Shown: in pieces, positions 24,980 to 37,900 of the stretch
How the letters are laid out: the number at the start of each line of letters is the position of its first letter
Position numbering within the stretch: position 1 is the first letter of the stretch
Assembly: GCF_964194155.1 (NCBI RefSeq)
Contig: NC_135894.1
Coordinates: 434,001-498,000, forward strand
DNA length: 64,000 nucleotides
Source: Cetorhinus maximus
Taxonomy: Eukaryota
Direction: 5' to 3'
Notes under the pieces: model-generated
What the model was told of the DNA's origin: nothing
What the model saw: only the letters and a program-made list of their open reading frames with translations
Database searches by the model: none
Made by a program: the position numbers and the translations under genes

Positions 24980-26400
24980 TAATACTTTATGACATGTGGG
25001 CGTCGCTGGATAGGCCAGCAGATATAGCCTGTCCCTAAATGTCTTTGAGAAGTTGGTCGTGAGCTGCCTTCTTGAAGCGTTGCAGGCCCTTTTTGTCGGT
25101 GACTGCACAATGCATTAGATAGCGACTGCCTGGATTTTGAACCAGCAACAGATAAGGCACGGCGATATATTTCCAAGTCACAATCGTGATTATCGTAGAG
25201 GGAATTTCCAGGAATTGGTGATCCCATGAGTTCGCTACTCCTGCCCTTCTAGGTCGGAATGGTTCTGCGTTCAGAATGTGCTGCATTATGGGCCTTAGTG
25301 AGATTCTGCAGTGCATCTTCTAGATGGTACACAATGCTGCTACTGTTCGTCGATGGTGTGGGGAGTGGATGCTTGTGCAAGGGGTGTCAATCAAACAGGC
25401 ACCCTACACCGGGAGGCTTTCAAGCTTCTGGGGTGTTGTTGGAGGGCACTCGTTCAGTCAACGTAGAGTATTCCATCAGACATCTAGCTTGTGCCTTGTA
25501 GCTGAAGGACACGATTTGGTGAGTTTGGGTGTGGGTTCCTCGCCCCAGCGTTCCTAACCTCCGTCTTTCTCTTGAAGCACCCGCCTTGATACGGCGAGTC
25601 CACTTCAGTTTCTGGTCGATGCTCACCACTAAAATGTTTTATTGGAGGAACAACCGATGGTTTTTCCACTGAATATCAAGGGGTGTTTGTTAGGTTTACT
25701 CATGTGGGAGAGGAAAATTGCCTGCCACTTGGGTGCTGCGAATGCTACTTGCCGCACGTCAGCACAGGAGTTGGTATTCTGTAGCTGTTTGCTACATTTA
25801 GACATTGACTGTTTCAGGATCTGTGGAGTCGTGAACTGCGCTGAACATTGTGCAATCATCAGCGAACATCACCATTTCTGATCATCTGATCAAAGGAAGG
25901 TCATTCATAAGCTGCTGAAGCTGGCTGGCCCTAGGCACTACCGCGAGGAACTCCTGCAATGATGCCCTGAAAATCAAATATTTGACGTCCCAGAACCTCA
26001 ACCACCTTCATGTGTGCTAGTTAAGTCTCCAACCCGTGGTAAATTTTATTACTGGGAATTTTCCCCTTGAATTCTTGGATTTTTTTGGAATTGAAATTTT
26101 TCCCTTGATCAGCAATGACTGCAGTAATGTTCGGAATCCTTGATGCCACGATGGGTGCAACAATGCCTTGATATCAAAGGCAGTCACTGTCACCCCAACA
26201 CGGCAGTCCTGCTCTGCTGTCCAGGCTTGATCTAAGGCTGTAATGAGTAACGAAGCTGCTTGACCCAAGCAGAACCTTACCTGTAGATCACAGAACAGTT
26301 TATTTTTAAGCAATTGCCGCTTGATAGCACTTCGTAAGAAAAATTCGATCACTTTAATGATGATGAAGAGTAGGTTGATTGGTCAGCAGTTGGCTTCAGT
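24980..26400 (-). mobile_element. LINE family B RT and 3' end
   Basis: Minus strand reads VRVTAFDIKA-like motif A, YKAQARCLMEYS, and GLQRFKKAAHDQLLK followed by the 3' tail. Confidence 0.88.
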
Positions 26401-26591
26401 CAATTAAAAAACTTTATGCTGTTTAATGTGAATTGGTCACTTGTTTAGATCCAATGATCAATCTGTGACAAAGGAATATGCAGGACGTCTTCTGTTGTCT
26501 CGTAGCAGTACAGCACAGTGCAGATAAAAAAATCAGCAATTATTTTTCAACTCAGAAATAAGCACACCCTAACCTCTTCATGTTGCTGCCC

Positions 26592-26730
26592 NNNNNNNNN
26601 NNNNNNNNNNNNNNNNNNNNNNNNNNNNNNNNNNNNNNNNNNNNNNNNNNNNNNNNNNNNNNNNNNNNNNNNNNNNNNNNNNNNNNNNNNNNNNNNNNNN
26701 NNNNNNNNNNNNNNNNNNNNNNNNNNNNNN
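26592..26730. other. Assembly gap (139 N) next to a (CA)n tract
   Basis: Seen directly in the sequence. Confidence 1.
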
Positions 26731-26954
26731 GCACACACACGCACACACCGGGACTGTTCCCCGTCTAATCTCAAACTTTAACACAAATATGCATATGCCC
26801 AGTGAACAACAGTCAGATTCTTTTTTGATATTGAGTCATCGGTTCCTACCACTCCTGATCAGAATCAAGATGTTCCCTGTGATACTTTCGCAAATTCGCA
26901 TATTTGATTGCCAATAAGCAGTTGCTGTTGTACTCAATCTTTACAACCTATTCA

Positions 26955-28137
26955 TTAAAATAGGAGCAGGATTAGGCCATTCGGCCCTACAAGCCTGTTG
27001 CGCCATTCATTTTGATCATGGCTGATCATCCAAATCCATATCCTAGCCCCGCTTTCTCCCCATACCCTTTGATCCCTTTCGACCTATGAGCTATATCTAC
27101 TGCGTTCTTGAATGTATACAATGTTCTGGTCTGAACTACATTCTGTGGTAACGAATTATACAGGCTCACCACTCTCTGGGTGAAAAGAAATTCTCCTCAT
27201 CTTAGCCATAATTGGTCTGCCCAATATCATCAGGCTGTGTCCCCTGGTTCTAGACTCCCCCACTATTGGGAACATCTTTCCAATATCTAACCTCTCTTGT
27301 CCTGTTAGAGTTTTATAGGTATCTATAACATCCCCTCATTCCTCTGCACTCCAGCAAATATAAATCTAATCGACTCACGTTATCCTCATATGTGAGTCCC
27401 GCCATCCCAGGAATCAGTCGGATACGCCTTCGCTGCAGTACATCTATCGCAAGTAAACCCTTCCTCAGCTCAAGAGACCAAAACGGCACACAATATTCCA
27501 GTTGTGGTCTCACCAAGGCCCTGTACTATTGCAGCAAGGCATCCCTGTCCCTGTACTTGAATCCTGTGGCTATGAAGGCCAACAGGCTCTAGGCCTTATT
27601 TACCGCCTGCTGCAGTTGCATGCTTACCTTCAGCAAAAGTGTACGAGGACAACCAGGTTTCGTTGCAGTTTCCTCTCTCTCAATTTATAGCTATTCAGAT
27701 AACAAATTGCCTCCCTGTTTTAGCTACTAAAATGGATAACCCCAGAATTATCCTCAATATATTGCATCTGCCATGCATTTGCCCAATCACTCAGCTTGTC
27801 CAGATCACACCAAATAATCTATGCATCCTCCTCAAAGCTCAACCTCCCGCTCAGCTTTTTGTCATCTGCAAATGTGGAGATATTTCATTCGATTCCCTCA
27901 TCTAAATCAGTAATATATATTGTGAGTAAGCATGGTCCCAGCGCTACCCGACTAGTCACTACCTGTCATTCGGAAAAAGACCTGTTTATCCCTACTCTTG
28001 GCTTCCTGTCTGAAAAGCAGTTTTCTATCCATCTCAGTACACTACCACCAATCCCATGCATTTTAATTGTGCACGCCAATCTGTTATGCGGGGTTTTGCT
28101 GAACGCCTTCTGAAAGTCCAAATAAACCACATCCACT
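26955..28137 (-). mobile_element. CR1 LINE, 5'-truncated (RT to 3' end)
   Basis: VDVVYLDFQKAFSKTPHNRL and LVRPQLEYCVPFWS on the minus strand. Confidence 0.93.
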
Positions 28138-28779
28138 TTAAATAGCAACGACAACAACGACGGGAAAATAAAAATAAAAAGTTGAATTGGAAATACTCCG
28201 AACACTGAAATAAGTGCATTTCATTTGCTTAGAACATGGTGGAAATTGTTGCAACCCCCTCACTCAAGCAATATTTTTGCATCCACCTTACAGGTGAACA
28301 ACATTGACAAATGCAGGATGCGGCAGCCGTGGTCGTGTGATACACTGAGTTCAAATCTCAGGGAAGGACACGTAACTTTTCCAAAAATATTGTCATGCCG
28401 AAAGTGCTTTACTTCCTGACAAAAAAAAACATTCTTTGTAACAATTGCAAGTTACTTTGTGTCGAGAAATCTAGATTCCTATGTTTTCCCATATGCTGTA
28501 CGAAAGAGCCTGATTACTCTGTGACCGGCAATCAAGAAAATAAGGAAGTTATGTTGCGTAGTGCAATGTGTATGATAAATATGTACCAAACTCGGCTGTG
28601 AGGATGAAACAACCGATCGAAAGAAAGAAAGTACCGAGGACTATCCATTACAATTAATTTGAGCTTCGTTTTGGAACCGCTTTTTTTATTTTCAAGTGCT
28701 CGAAAAGATGAATTAGGAAAGGAAAATTAATTGAATATCTGCTTTATATTCATTCAGTCTACGTGTTCTCTCTTTCCAG

Positions 28780-28812
28780 TGGCATCCGGGAGAAACTAGC
28801 TCTGGCACTCAG
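28780..28812 (+). pseudogene. Possible 33-nt cytoplasmic micro-exon (contains TAG)
   Basis: Strong ttctctctttccag| acceptor, TCAG|gttatt donor, phase 1-1; lies in a TE-free island. Confidence 0.3.
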
Positions 28813-29229
28813 GTTATTGAGTGCCGAGGGAGTATGAGTATCAAACAGATTTCAGTGCATCAAATATAACCCTGTTCTATATGCTAAGTATTCAGGTATC
28901 CATCATTGGAGAACAATGGTGAATTACTCAAGATAATCACATCACCTTGCTCTATCCTACGGCAGCTTTGAGTATTTTCCATCTGTTTGAGCATTGAAAA
29001 ATACACATCCATCAGTTGAAGTCCACAATTATAATAACTAAAATCACAAAATAGTGGAAACCACTCAACAAAGGACTTAACATCGAATGTGAGAGAAGCA
29101 GGGTGCTTGTGCCCTCTCTGTGAAGGATCAATGGCAGGGCTGATTACGTAAATCATCTACTCAGCCACCCTGTGTTCTCTTTCTGCGAACTTGCTGTGTT
29201 CTGTACTCTCATGTCCAAAACATTTCATT

Positions 29230-29940
29230 TTAACCAAGGCTGTTGGCAAAAGTGTCGCACTTGATGATTGGTGACAAGCTTCCAGCTGGCGCAAGCCAAA
29301 CACTAAAAGTTTGGCATTTTCTTTCTGTCTCCACCTGCAGCATGACACCAACATTGACATCCAGCCATCCTTCCCCAGTCACTCAATGACCCCATGCACT
29401 CTGGATTCCTGCACACAGAGCCCTCAACCAATATTATCCAACACAATTCCACAACTTCTCCCGCCTCTTCAGAAATTCCCACAAAGTTCATGAATCTCTA
29501 CAACATCCAGGACAACGCAACCCGCTTTAATCCGCCCCATCTAGCCAGATAACAATATAATTTCCTCCCCCAGTGACAGTAGCAGCCGTTTGCGCCATTT
29601 CAAAGATGCAATGCTAAAACTGACCAATGTTCATTCGGCAACACCTTCCGCACCGTCAGCATTTCCCACATAGAAGGACAAGGGCAGCAGATGCAATTGG
29701 TCAAAGCCACCTGCAAGTTCCCTCGCAAGCCACACAACATGTGGGCGTGGAATTATGTCGGCGTCCTTTTGCTGCTGGCTGGCTGAACTCTTGGATAAAC
29801 CTCCTTGCAGCACTGTTAATGTATCTACACCACATGGAAAGCGACGGGTCAGAAAGTTTCACCCACTCCATTCACCAGAGGTATACAGAATAGGTAGCAA
29901 ATTCTCGCCATGCTATTGAAGCCAGGTCGTGCAAAAGCCT
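29230..29940 (+). mobile_element. LINE family B 3' fragment
   Basis: ttcggcaacaccttccg...agaaggacaagggcagcagatgca...ccacctgcaagttccctcgcaagccacac, as in the other copies. Confidence 0.75.
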
Positions 29941-29959
29941 TTATAAAAATGTCGTAGCT

Positions 29960-30125
29960 GTCCGACACGATATTCCCACCTCTTCCAATCACCAAAATTT
30001 CTATGGTCATTTACAATTCTCTTCCGACATTACGCTCCAGATTTAACCATTTACAGTGTCCTGGCCTTCACCAACTCTGTTCCACACTGGACGTCCAGTT
30101 CCGTGACAAAAACCAGGACAAATAT
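29960..30125 (+). mobile_element. Penelope-like RT fragment ending at motif A
   Basis: Translates YNSLPTLRSRFNHLQCPGLHQLCSTLDVQ, resembling the recalled Penelope RT segment ..DALRHFNNFQFPGPNRLLFTMDVQSLYTSIP. Confidence 0.6.
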
Positions 30126-30324
30126 ATCACCACCCCTTCAATTTCAATGTGTCAATGTACTGGGATATTCTTCTTTACAGCGCAGCAGGTATACTTACAC
30201 CTGATGGAATGCAGAGGATTACGAATAATTTCTGCTAACAACTCAAGGGTCATTAGTTATCGGCAAAATACGTTAGATCTAACATTGACTCCCGTATGCT
30301 ACGAGAAAAATAACAATAGAGATA

Positions 30325-31112
30325 CATCTCTCCTTCAGCAGAACATCTAGTCCCCCAACAACTGTATCCACAACAAGGACACCTAATCCCTTTACACCTC
30401 ATCCATCACAAGGATACCCAGTCCACTCGAACTCCATCCTTCAAAAGGGCATTCAGTCCATCTACACCTCTTTTCCTCAGCACGAGATCTATTTAATCTC
30501 AACCTGCATTGCTCAACAAGCACCTGCAGTCCCTCTAATGATCCATCCGTCAACAGGAAATACACATTTTCTCACCAGCCTTTGCTCAACAGGACATTCA
30601 GCCACTCTAAACGACGACCCACCAGCCCGACATAGAGTCCATCCAAACATCCATCGCTCAACAGGTCATCGAGTCACTTTATACCTGCACCCCAGATTAG
30701 AAACTCTATTCCATCTACGCCTTGATCCCTCAACCGCACATCCAGGCCCTCAACTCATGCAGCCTCGGCAGGTCTCCAAATGCCTTTACACATCCATCCC
30801 TCTACAGGATCTGCGTTCACTCCACGCCTTCTTCCAACATCAGGATCTGCTGTACCTCCTAATCTACATCCCTCAACAGGCCTCTATATCACTCAACAGG
30901 CCACCCAGGTCCTCCAATCCTCGATCCTGATCAGGACTTCCAATTGCTCTACACTTGAATCTCTCAGCTGCGCCTGAAGACCCTCCAAACCTCCGCCCAT
31001 CTCCAGGATATGCACTGCCCCTGTATATCCAACCCTGACCAAGATATCCTTCTGTTCCACAAGTTCATGCCGCAGCAAGACGATCAGTCCGTCTACATCT
31101 CCATCCATCAGC
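30325..31112 (+). repeat. Degenerate 36-bp minisatellite, left part; consensus about GGACATCCAGTCCCTCTACACCTCCATCCCTCACCA
   Basis: cagtcc..ctacacctc..catcc..tcaacagga recurs with a period of about 36 bp. Confidence 0.85.
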
Positions 31113-31119
31113 ACGGAAG

Positions 31120-32905
31120 AGGATAACCCGGGAATGAATATGGCCCATAATGGACCAGGGGGAAAATCCATGTGTGGAGCGATAGGACATCGGTAGAGAG
31201 CTGAATGAGATATTTCCATCTGTCAGCACCCTAGAAAATGCGGGTGAAGGTATCAAAATCGTGGACAGAGACTGCAAGGTTGTTATCCAAATTTTTTATA
31301 GGGAGTGACAAGTTGTTGGAATTGTTCGCAATCTTAAATGTGAACAAATCTCCAGGTCAAAATGATTTGTGTCCTAGGCCTATGAGGAAGGCAAGGGAGG
31401 AGATCGCAGGGGCTCTGAGCCAATTTTATAATTCCTCTCTGGACACGGGGAAGGTGCCAGAGGACTGGAAACTAAAATATAATTAGTTAGATTAACTAAC
31501 TAACAGCTAATGTGGTTCCGATTTTTAAGAAGGGCTCTGGAGATAAACGAGAGAACTACAGGCCAGTGAGTCCAACGTCAGTGTTAGGGAAACTATAGCA
31601 CAGAATTCTGAAGGAGACAATCTATCTCCACTTGGAGAGGCAAGTTTTGATCAGGGATAGTCAGCACTGTTTTGTCAGAGGAAGGTGTGTGGATGAGGTT
31701 AGTGCAGTTTATCTCGTTTGTTTGGATTTCAGTAAAGCTGTTGACAAGGTCCCACATGGGAGGCTTAAAAAGAAGGCAAATGCACATGGGATACAGGGCA
31801 ATTTGATAAGTTGGATTCGAAATTGGCTTAAATTAGGTGACAAAGGGTGATGACAGAAGGATGCTTTAGTGACTGGAAGCCAGTGTCCAGTGGCATACAA
31901 CAGTGATCGGTGGTCCGTCCACTGTTATTAGTCATTTGTAACAATGAAATAGATGTCAATGCAGGGTGAAAGGTTATTATGTTTGCGTATGACACAACGT
32001 TTGGCAGGGTGATTAAAAGGGTGTTTGGGTGTTTTAGGCAAGAGGAGGATCTAGACGGGATGGACAAGTGGGAATGATGGAATATAACCCTGAAAATTGT
32101 TCGGTGTTAGACTTTGGAAGGAGTAATTTGACAAGGAATTATTGAAATAACGGCATGACACTTGGAAGTTCTGAGGAAAATAGGAACCTTGACATGTGTG
32201 TCCATAGATCTCCGAAGACAGAGGTGCATTTCAGAGGGGTGGTGAAAAAAGCAAACGGGACACTTGCCATTGTCAATCGAGGCATAGTTTAGAAATGTAG
32301 AGTGGTCATCTTAGAGTCTTATAGAGCCTTGGTGAGGCCACAGCTGGAGTAATATGTGCAGTTCTGCTCGCCACGTTATACTAAGGATGAGAATACAGCG
32401 GATGGTGTGTGCAGAGGAGATTAGCAAGGATATTGCCTGGGATGAAACGTTTACGTTATGAATAGTTTGGGTAGACTTGGCTTGTTATCGTTTGAACAGA
32501 GAAAACTGAGGGAGACGTGATGGATGTGTAGAAGGTTATGTAGGGCATGGACAGGGTGGATATGGAGCAGCTGTTACCTTTAGTTGAAGGGTCTGTCACA
32601 AGGGGTCGTAAGTTCAAGTTGATGGGCAGAATGTTTAGGGGGAATCTGACTTAAAACCTTCTACCCAGAGGGTCGTGATTGGAATGCACCGCCTGGCAGA
32701 TTGGTGCAGGCGGGTTGCATCACAGCCTGCAAAACGTACCTGCTTTAGCATAGGGCACGTCATAAAATTCAAGGCTACTGGTCAAGTGCTTTTACATGTG
32801 TTTAGGTATGCAGGTCACGTGTTTTTCTCACGTGTCGGTGCAGACTCGTTTGGCCGAAATGCCTATTCTGAACTGTCTGATTCTGTGATCCTGTGATGCT
32901 GTGAT
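31120..32905 (+). mobile_element. CR1 LINE, 5'-truncated, inserted into the minisatellite
   Basis: KSPGQND, NYRPVS, CLDFSKAVDKVPHGRL and LVRPQLE, ending in CR1-type (attctgtg)n tail repeats at 32880-32905. Confidence 0.93.
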
Positions 32906-32914
32906 ATCAAATTC

Positions 32915-33410
32915 AACTCACCTCCATGCATCACCAGGGCATGCAGCCCCTCTACACTATGTTCCATCATCAAGGCATTGAGTCCCTCCAATCATTCATC
33001 TTCTTCAAGTCACACAATCTCTTTAACTCACCATCGCACAAAACGACCTGCTTTGCACATACACTACCATCCATCCTCATGTCGTGCAGTCGCTCTGCAT
33101 TTCTATCCAACTCCTGGGTATCCTTCCACTCTACGCATGCATCCCTCATCGAGAAATCCATTCCCTATAAACTTCCATCGCTTATCCAGACATCCAGCCA
33201 TTCTACTCTTCCATCTCTCAAGCGGACATTGTGGACCTCTATAAACCCACTTCACTTGGACATCCAGTCCCTGTACACCTCTGTCCTTCAAACGGACTTT
33301 CGGCCACATTTTACCTCATGTCCTCACCAGAATAACCAGTCCCTCTGTCACTTAATTCCTCACAAATACACTAAGTCACTCGACAGATCGATGTTCAGCC
33401 AGCAGGTCAC
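32915..33410 (+). repeat. Degenerate 36-bp minisatellite, right part
   Basis: Same unit as the left part; ORF 32926-33546 reads HQGMQPLYTMFHHQGIESLQSFI...LDIQSLYTSV...PHQNNQSLCHLIPH. Confidence 0.85.
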
Positions 33411-33439
33411 TCACATCACAAATGTTGGCCTTCATACAA

Positions 33440-34700
33440 GTGTCATATTCCACATTGAAAAACAATATGATTGGAGGCAATGGGTACTGGAAAACGATGG
33501 ACCATGGCAGGCATGCCGTTATGCCTTAGGAATGCATTTCTGGTGAAAGTCAAACATCGGTTTTTGACCGATAGTGTTGACATTTTTCATATACCTCTTC
33601 ACCACTGAAAGCAAGATAAATCCAATCCGGCCTTTAGTCATGCCACCAGTCTTATATTTCGGACTTAACCTTTTCCAAAACATGCAGTCGAAGTCGGGTT
33701 GGAGGAGTGGTGGCTGGATATGGTGGAGGGGACACTTCACGGGATGTAGTTGCACTTTGCACAAAACAGATACTATATTTTGCTGGCAGCGGCCATCCTA
33801 TCAACCCCAGGGCATTTCTTGAGTAATTACTCACCTTTATTTCCTCGGCACAGCAATTGATTGTCATTGTCTTCCCTGCAACATTAAGTCATAAGTGGAG
33901 ATGCTCGCCAATGACTACACAATATTAGTAACATTCACAGCTCCTCAGATAGTTCAGCTCTCCCTGCCCACATAAAACAATGCCTGTGCAATATTAGCAC
34001 TTTGACTGTTAGGTGGCACTAGGCTATTGCACCATACCCGTTCCAGTTAAATTCAAACAAAAGAGAATGGATACATCTCCTCTTACCTACCATTTGCCTT
34101 CAAACTGAAACATCCTCTAATTGCAATATCCTAGGGAATGTCATATTTACGCCCTTAACCAGTTTATTAATACAATTATTGTGGTGACAAGTCTAGATCT
34201 GTGTTTTATAATAGTGTAACAAATAAATCATCACGTTCCACCCCAAGGCTTGCCCCCACCCCTCTCAGGGAGTAGAAATAATCAATGCGATGCAATAAGT
34301 CCAACTATCCAAGATCAGCCAAGCACAAGCAACACAGAAAAATCTGGAGTAGATCGATAACAAAGCTGGTCACTCGATGGACACATCAGCCAATATGTTA
34401 ATCATTATCTCTATGCACCATCTGCGCAATTTTATAAAAGGCGTGTCATGTACAGGATGCAACACAACCCAGGAAAATTGCCCGAATAGAAGCAGAAGCG
34501 TGAGAACACAACTATCTGCATGTTGCACTCGAAGACACACAACTTCATGAATTGGATATACATCACCGTTCCATCATTTTCACTGGGCCAAAATCTAAGA
34601 GTACACTACCTTATCGCATTGAGAGTGCACAATACATACAATGCATTGGGTGTGTCAGTTTGATTAAGCTTCCACATTGCAATCATGAATGAACAATAAA
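33440..34700 (+). mobile_element. LINE family B RT and 3' end, old
   Basis: KQDKSNP and VEMLANDYTILVTFTAPQ-like RT remnants. Confidence 0.65.
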
Positions 34701-34754
34701 ATGTGAACTTGCTAGCGAAACTCAGGCTCTGAGAGTAAATATTTAATATTCCCA

Positions 34755-34920
34755 TGAATGATAATCATAATGGTGATGATGATAAGAATAAGAATAATAG
34801 TGATCATCATCATCTCGATCATAACAACAAGAAAAGCCATCATAATACAATTTCTACTTATACATCTAATACAATTATTATTACAAATATAAATATCAAC
34901 AATTATAGCAGAGCAATATA
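34755..34920. repeat. Degenerate (ATA/ATG/ATC)n low-complexity tract
   Basis: Seen directly in the sequence. Confidence 0.7.
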
Positions 34921-34929
34921 ATTTCATCA

Positions 34930-37900
34930 CAAACGGAAGCCATTCCCAGAGGACAGTCCGAGAGGGGGAATATTGGACAGGCAGTCAGCAGAACCTAGAA
35001 GAGTCGGGTGTTGAAATGGTGCGCGAGAGGAGCCTGGAGTTTAACAGCAGCTGGATAGGAGGTAGGCGTAGAATTGACACGCGAGAGGGGCTGGAAGTTG
35101 GAGAGAAAGGCGAGAGGTTTTGCGAGTTGAAGAGGAGCGCGAGAGGAGTCGGGAGCTGAAGAGAAGCTGGAAGAGCAGCGATGATTGAGGGATTTCAGTG
35201 AAGAGGGAAAGACGTGATTATTTGAGTATCTTGTGTACAGCCGGGTTAGCATTTAGTACTTTACTGCTTATAGTTTTTAAGGTCTAATTTTATTATTCAT
35301 CTTTTGTAAGTCAATATTCTGTAACAACTAGGAGCAAGGACGAATGGCCCCAAGAGTTAATGGTATTAAGTATCTTCCAAATGGTTTAATTTAATTTAAA
35401 GGCGTAAGTCATGTCAGGAGAGTCCCATGAAGTGGTGTGCTCGTCCAACGCTCTGTGGGAAGCTGGACACATTTGCAGTGCCCGGGGACAGCATATGTGT
35501 GGGAAGTGTCTCCAGTTGCAGCTCCTGGAAACTCAGGCTATATGTCTGGAGCGGCGGAAGGGGACATCGTGGAGCATCTCTGAGGCGGAGAGTATGATAG
35601 ATAGCACGTACAGAGAGGTGGCCACATCGCACGCTTATAATCAACAGGTAGGAAGGGAATGGGTGACCACCAGGAAAAGCAAGAGGACTAGCAGCAGTTG
35701 AGGAATCTCCTGTGGCTTTTCCCGTGCAAAAGAGATGTGCCACTTTGGATACACCTGAGGAGAATGACCTGACTGGCGAAAGCAGCATCAGCCAAATTAT
35801 TTCCACCGCGGTTGAATCTGTTGCACAGGGAGGAGTAAATTTAGTGGGAATGAAATACTGATAAGTGATTCAATTGTAAGGGGAATAGATAGTCGATAGA
35901 CTCCTGGATGGTATGTTGCCTCCCTGAGGCAAAGGTGAAGGATGTATCAGAGCAACTGGAGGACATTCTGAAGTGGAACAATGAACCGCCAGCAATCGTG
36001 GCACACATTGGTGCAAAAAACATCGGGAGAAAAAGGGGTGAGGTCCGAAAAACATAAATTAGTGTGTTAGGAAGTAAGTTGAAAAGTAGAACCTCAACGT
36101 TAGTGATCTCAGGATTACTACCAGTGCTGCGTGCCATTCAGTGTAGATATAATAGGACATATCAGATGACTATGTGCCTGAAGAAATGTTGTGAAGCGTA
36201 GGTTTTCAGATTGCTGGGGTATTGGGACTGGTTCTCGTGGAAGTGTGACCATTGAAACCTGTATGGGTTATAACTGCACAGGACGGGGACTGATGTCCAT
36301 GGGGGAACATTTCCAAGAGTGGTTCGGGTGGGTTAAAACTAAAATGGTTGTTGGATGGCAACCTACGCATGGAGACAGAGGAAGGTGAATAAAAGACAGG
36401 AACAAAATACTGAAAACGGAAGAAGAAAAGTGACAGTCAAGGAAATCAAGGGCAAGAATCAAACAGGACCTCAGTGAAAAATATTGGGAACGGGAAAATC
36501 AATGTTAAAAAAGGCAATCCTGAAGGTATTGTGCCTTAACACGAGGAGCATTAGCAAAATAAATGGATGAATTAGCTGCGCAAGTATATGTAAACACATA
36601 AGATATAGCCGGAATTATGTTGAAATGGCTGCAGAGGTTACAGGGATTGGAACTTAATATTCAGTGTTATTCAGTATTATTTAATTGAGACAAAATGGAA
36701 AAGGCAGTGGAGATGCATTCCGGGTTAGAGATGAAATGAATGCAATAGTGAGGAAACTCATTAGCTCCGCTTGGGTAGAGCTGAGAATCATTAAGGGAAA
36801 AAAAAAATGTTAGTGGGGTTTGTGTCTAGATCCCCAAACATTAGTGGTGATGTTGGCAAGGGCAGTAAACTGGAATTTAGATATGCAAGCAATAAAGGCA
36901 CAACTGTAATTATCGATTACTTTAGTATGCATTAATATTCGTCAAATCAAATTAGATTGAGGAGGAATTCCTCGATTGTATACAGAATGTTTTTCTGAAA
37001 CAAAATAGTGAGGAATCATTGAGACAACAGTCCATCCTCAACAGGTTGTCGTATAATTGGAAATGAATAATTTGCAAACTAGTTGTGCAGGGCCCCTTGG
37101 GGATGAGCGACCATAATGTGATAGTATTTTTCATCAAAATGGAGAGTGACGTAGTTGATTCTGAAACTTTGGTCCTGAGCCTTAAAAAAGGAAAATACGG
37201 TGATATGAGGCGCGAGTTGGCTATGATGGATTGGGAAACGTTACATAAAGGGATGACGGTCGAACCGCCATTCGAAGCATTCAAAGAGCGAATGGGTGAA
37301 CTGCAACAATTGTTTATTCCTGTTTGGAACCAAATTAAAACAGGAAAGGTGGCCTAACCATGGCTTACAAGGGTAATTAGAAATAGTATTAGATGCAGGG
37401 AAGATGCATAAGAAATGGACAGAAGAGAAGAACAGGCCTGAGGATTGGGAGTAGTTTAGAATTCAGCTAAGGGGGACCAAAGGATTGATTAAGAAGGGGA
37501 CAATCGAGTACTTGAGTAAGCTTGCAGGGATATCAAAATACTGACTGTAAATGTTGCTAGAGGTATATGAAGAAAATAAGATTGGTGAAGACAAATGTAG
37601 GTCCCTTACAGCCAAAAACAGCGCAATTCACAATGGGGAACAAAGAAATGGCTGACCAATTAATTGCATAAACTGGCCCTGTCTTCACGAAGCCTGACAC
37701 TAATAATGTACCAGAAATGTTCGGGTCTCAGGGTTTACTGAGAGTGGGGAACTGATAGAAATCAATATTTGTAGAGACAAGGTATTGGGGAAATTGATGG
37801 GATTGAAAGCCGATAAATCCCCGGAGACTGATAATCTACATCCCATAATAATAAGTGAAATGTTCCTAAAAATAGTGGATGCTTGCTGGTCATCATCCAA

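Noticed and set aside
26518-26784. ORFs spanning the N run
   Set aside because: Artefacts of translating through the assembly gap.
30325-33410. 36-bp repeats as a CRISPR array
   Set aside because: The units are head-to-tail and degenerate with no unique spacers and no cas genes, and the context is vertebrate.
32926-33546. Longest ORF in the track (206 aa) as a real gene
   Set aside because: It is the frame-preserving 36-bp minisatellite running into a LINE fragment, with no splice or domain support.
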